Shown here: piece after piece, positions 63,476 through 64,000 of the stretch
Layout: every line of letters begins with the position of its first letter
Position numbering within the stretch: the first letter of the stretch is position 1
Source of the DNA: Octopus sinensis
Lineage: Eukaryota
Direction: 5' to 3'
Length of the DNA: 64,000 bases
Assembly: GCF_006345805.1 (NCBI RefSeq)
Contig: NC_043004.1
Coordinates: forward strand, 3,534,001-3,598,000
Made by a program: the position numbers and the translations under genes
The notes under the pieces: generated by a model
The model's database searches: none
Seen by the model: only the letters and a program-made list of their open reading frames with translations
Told to the model about the DNA's origin: nothing

Positions 63476-64000
63476 CCTCTTGGTTTAATGGTTTAGTGGT
63501 TTTTCTGACTTCTTAAATAACTGACTCTTGTATGTAATCAAATTTCTTGCCAAAGCAATATAAGTCAAAAATATACAAGCGTACACACACAAGCATTCAC
63601 ACGCACTCATATATATATAAAGCAATGTGCACAAAAAGAGGGCAACACGGGAGGGAAAAGTCTTAAGAGAATGTTGCATTAGTTTAACTTTTGAATGGAC
63701 AGGAAAGTGTCTTGACGTTTCGGACATTCTCCCATTATTTAACTATAGTAATACAAATGTGGAAATGCTTTAGAATTAAACCTAATGTCCCGTACCGTCA
63801 TGATTTAATTATTCTAACGAGTTGCGGCAAATTCAAGAGTATGCTGCTAATGTGTTCGAATGAAAAGAACTGCCGGATCATCAGAGGAAGGAAAATCTGT
63901 GGAGTAGCTTTACTTGTTTCATAAGTCTCTTTCTTTGAGTCACTGTGTAGTCTTGAGGATCATTTAGGGTAAATAGAGAGATAAAAGCATACTTTATATC

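Overview
AT-rich, microsatellite-dense eukaryotic DNA, almost certainly from an octopus or related coleoid cephalopod (inferred from the SINE families, which resemble octopus tRNA-derived SINEs). No intact host gene is visible, and most ORF-track entries are microsatellite or SINE artefacts. The window is a retroelement and transposon graveyard: four tRNA-headed SINE families (here A-D), decayed CR1, RTE, Tx1/L1-like and R4/Dong-like non-LTR elements, a Helitron Rep/helicase remnant, a mariner remnant, several hairpin MITEs, and an indel-rich 3.2-kb tandem duplication at the start. The most interesting signal is SINE family D (3 copies), which joins a Pol III tRNA-like head to a minimal type I hammerhead ribozyme of the kind known from Penelope-like elements. 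Other highlights are Tx1-like and Dong-like elements with the same microsatellite on both flanks, a SINE 3' tail shared with a CR1 in the window, one-head SINEs with an exact 184-bp multimerised body at independent loci, and a young 740-bp palindrome. A few weak exon candidates are noted. All alignments were done by eye, so boundaries are approximate.
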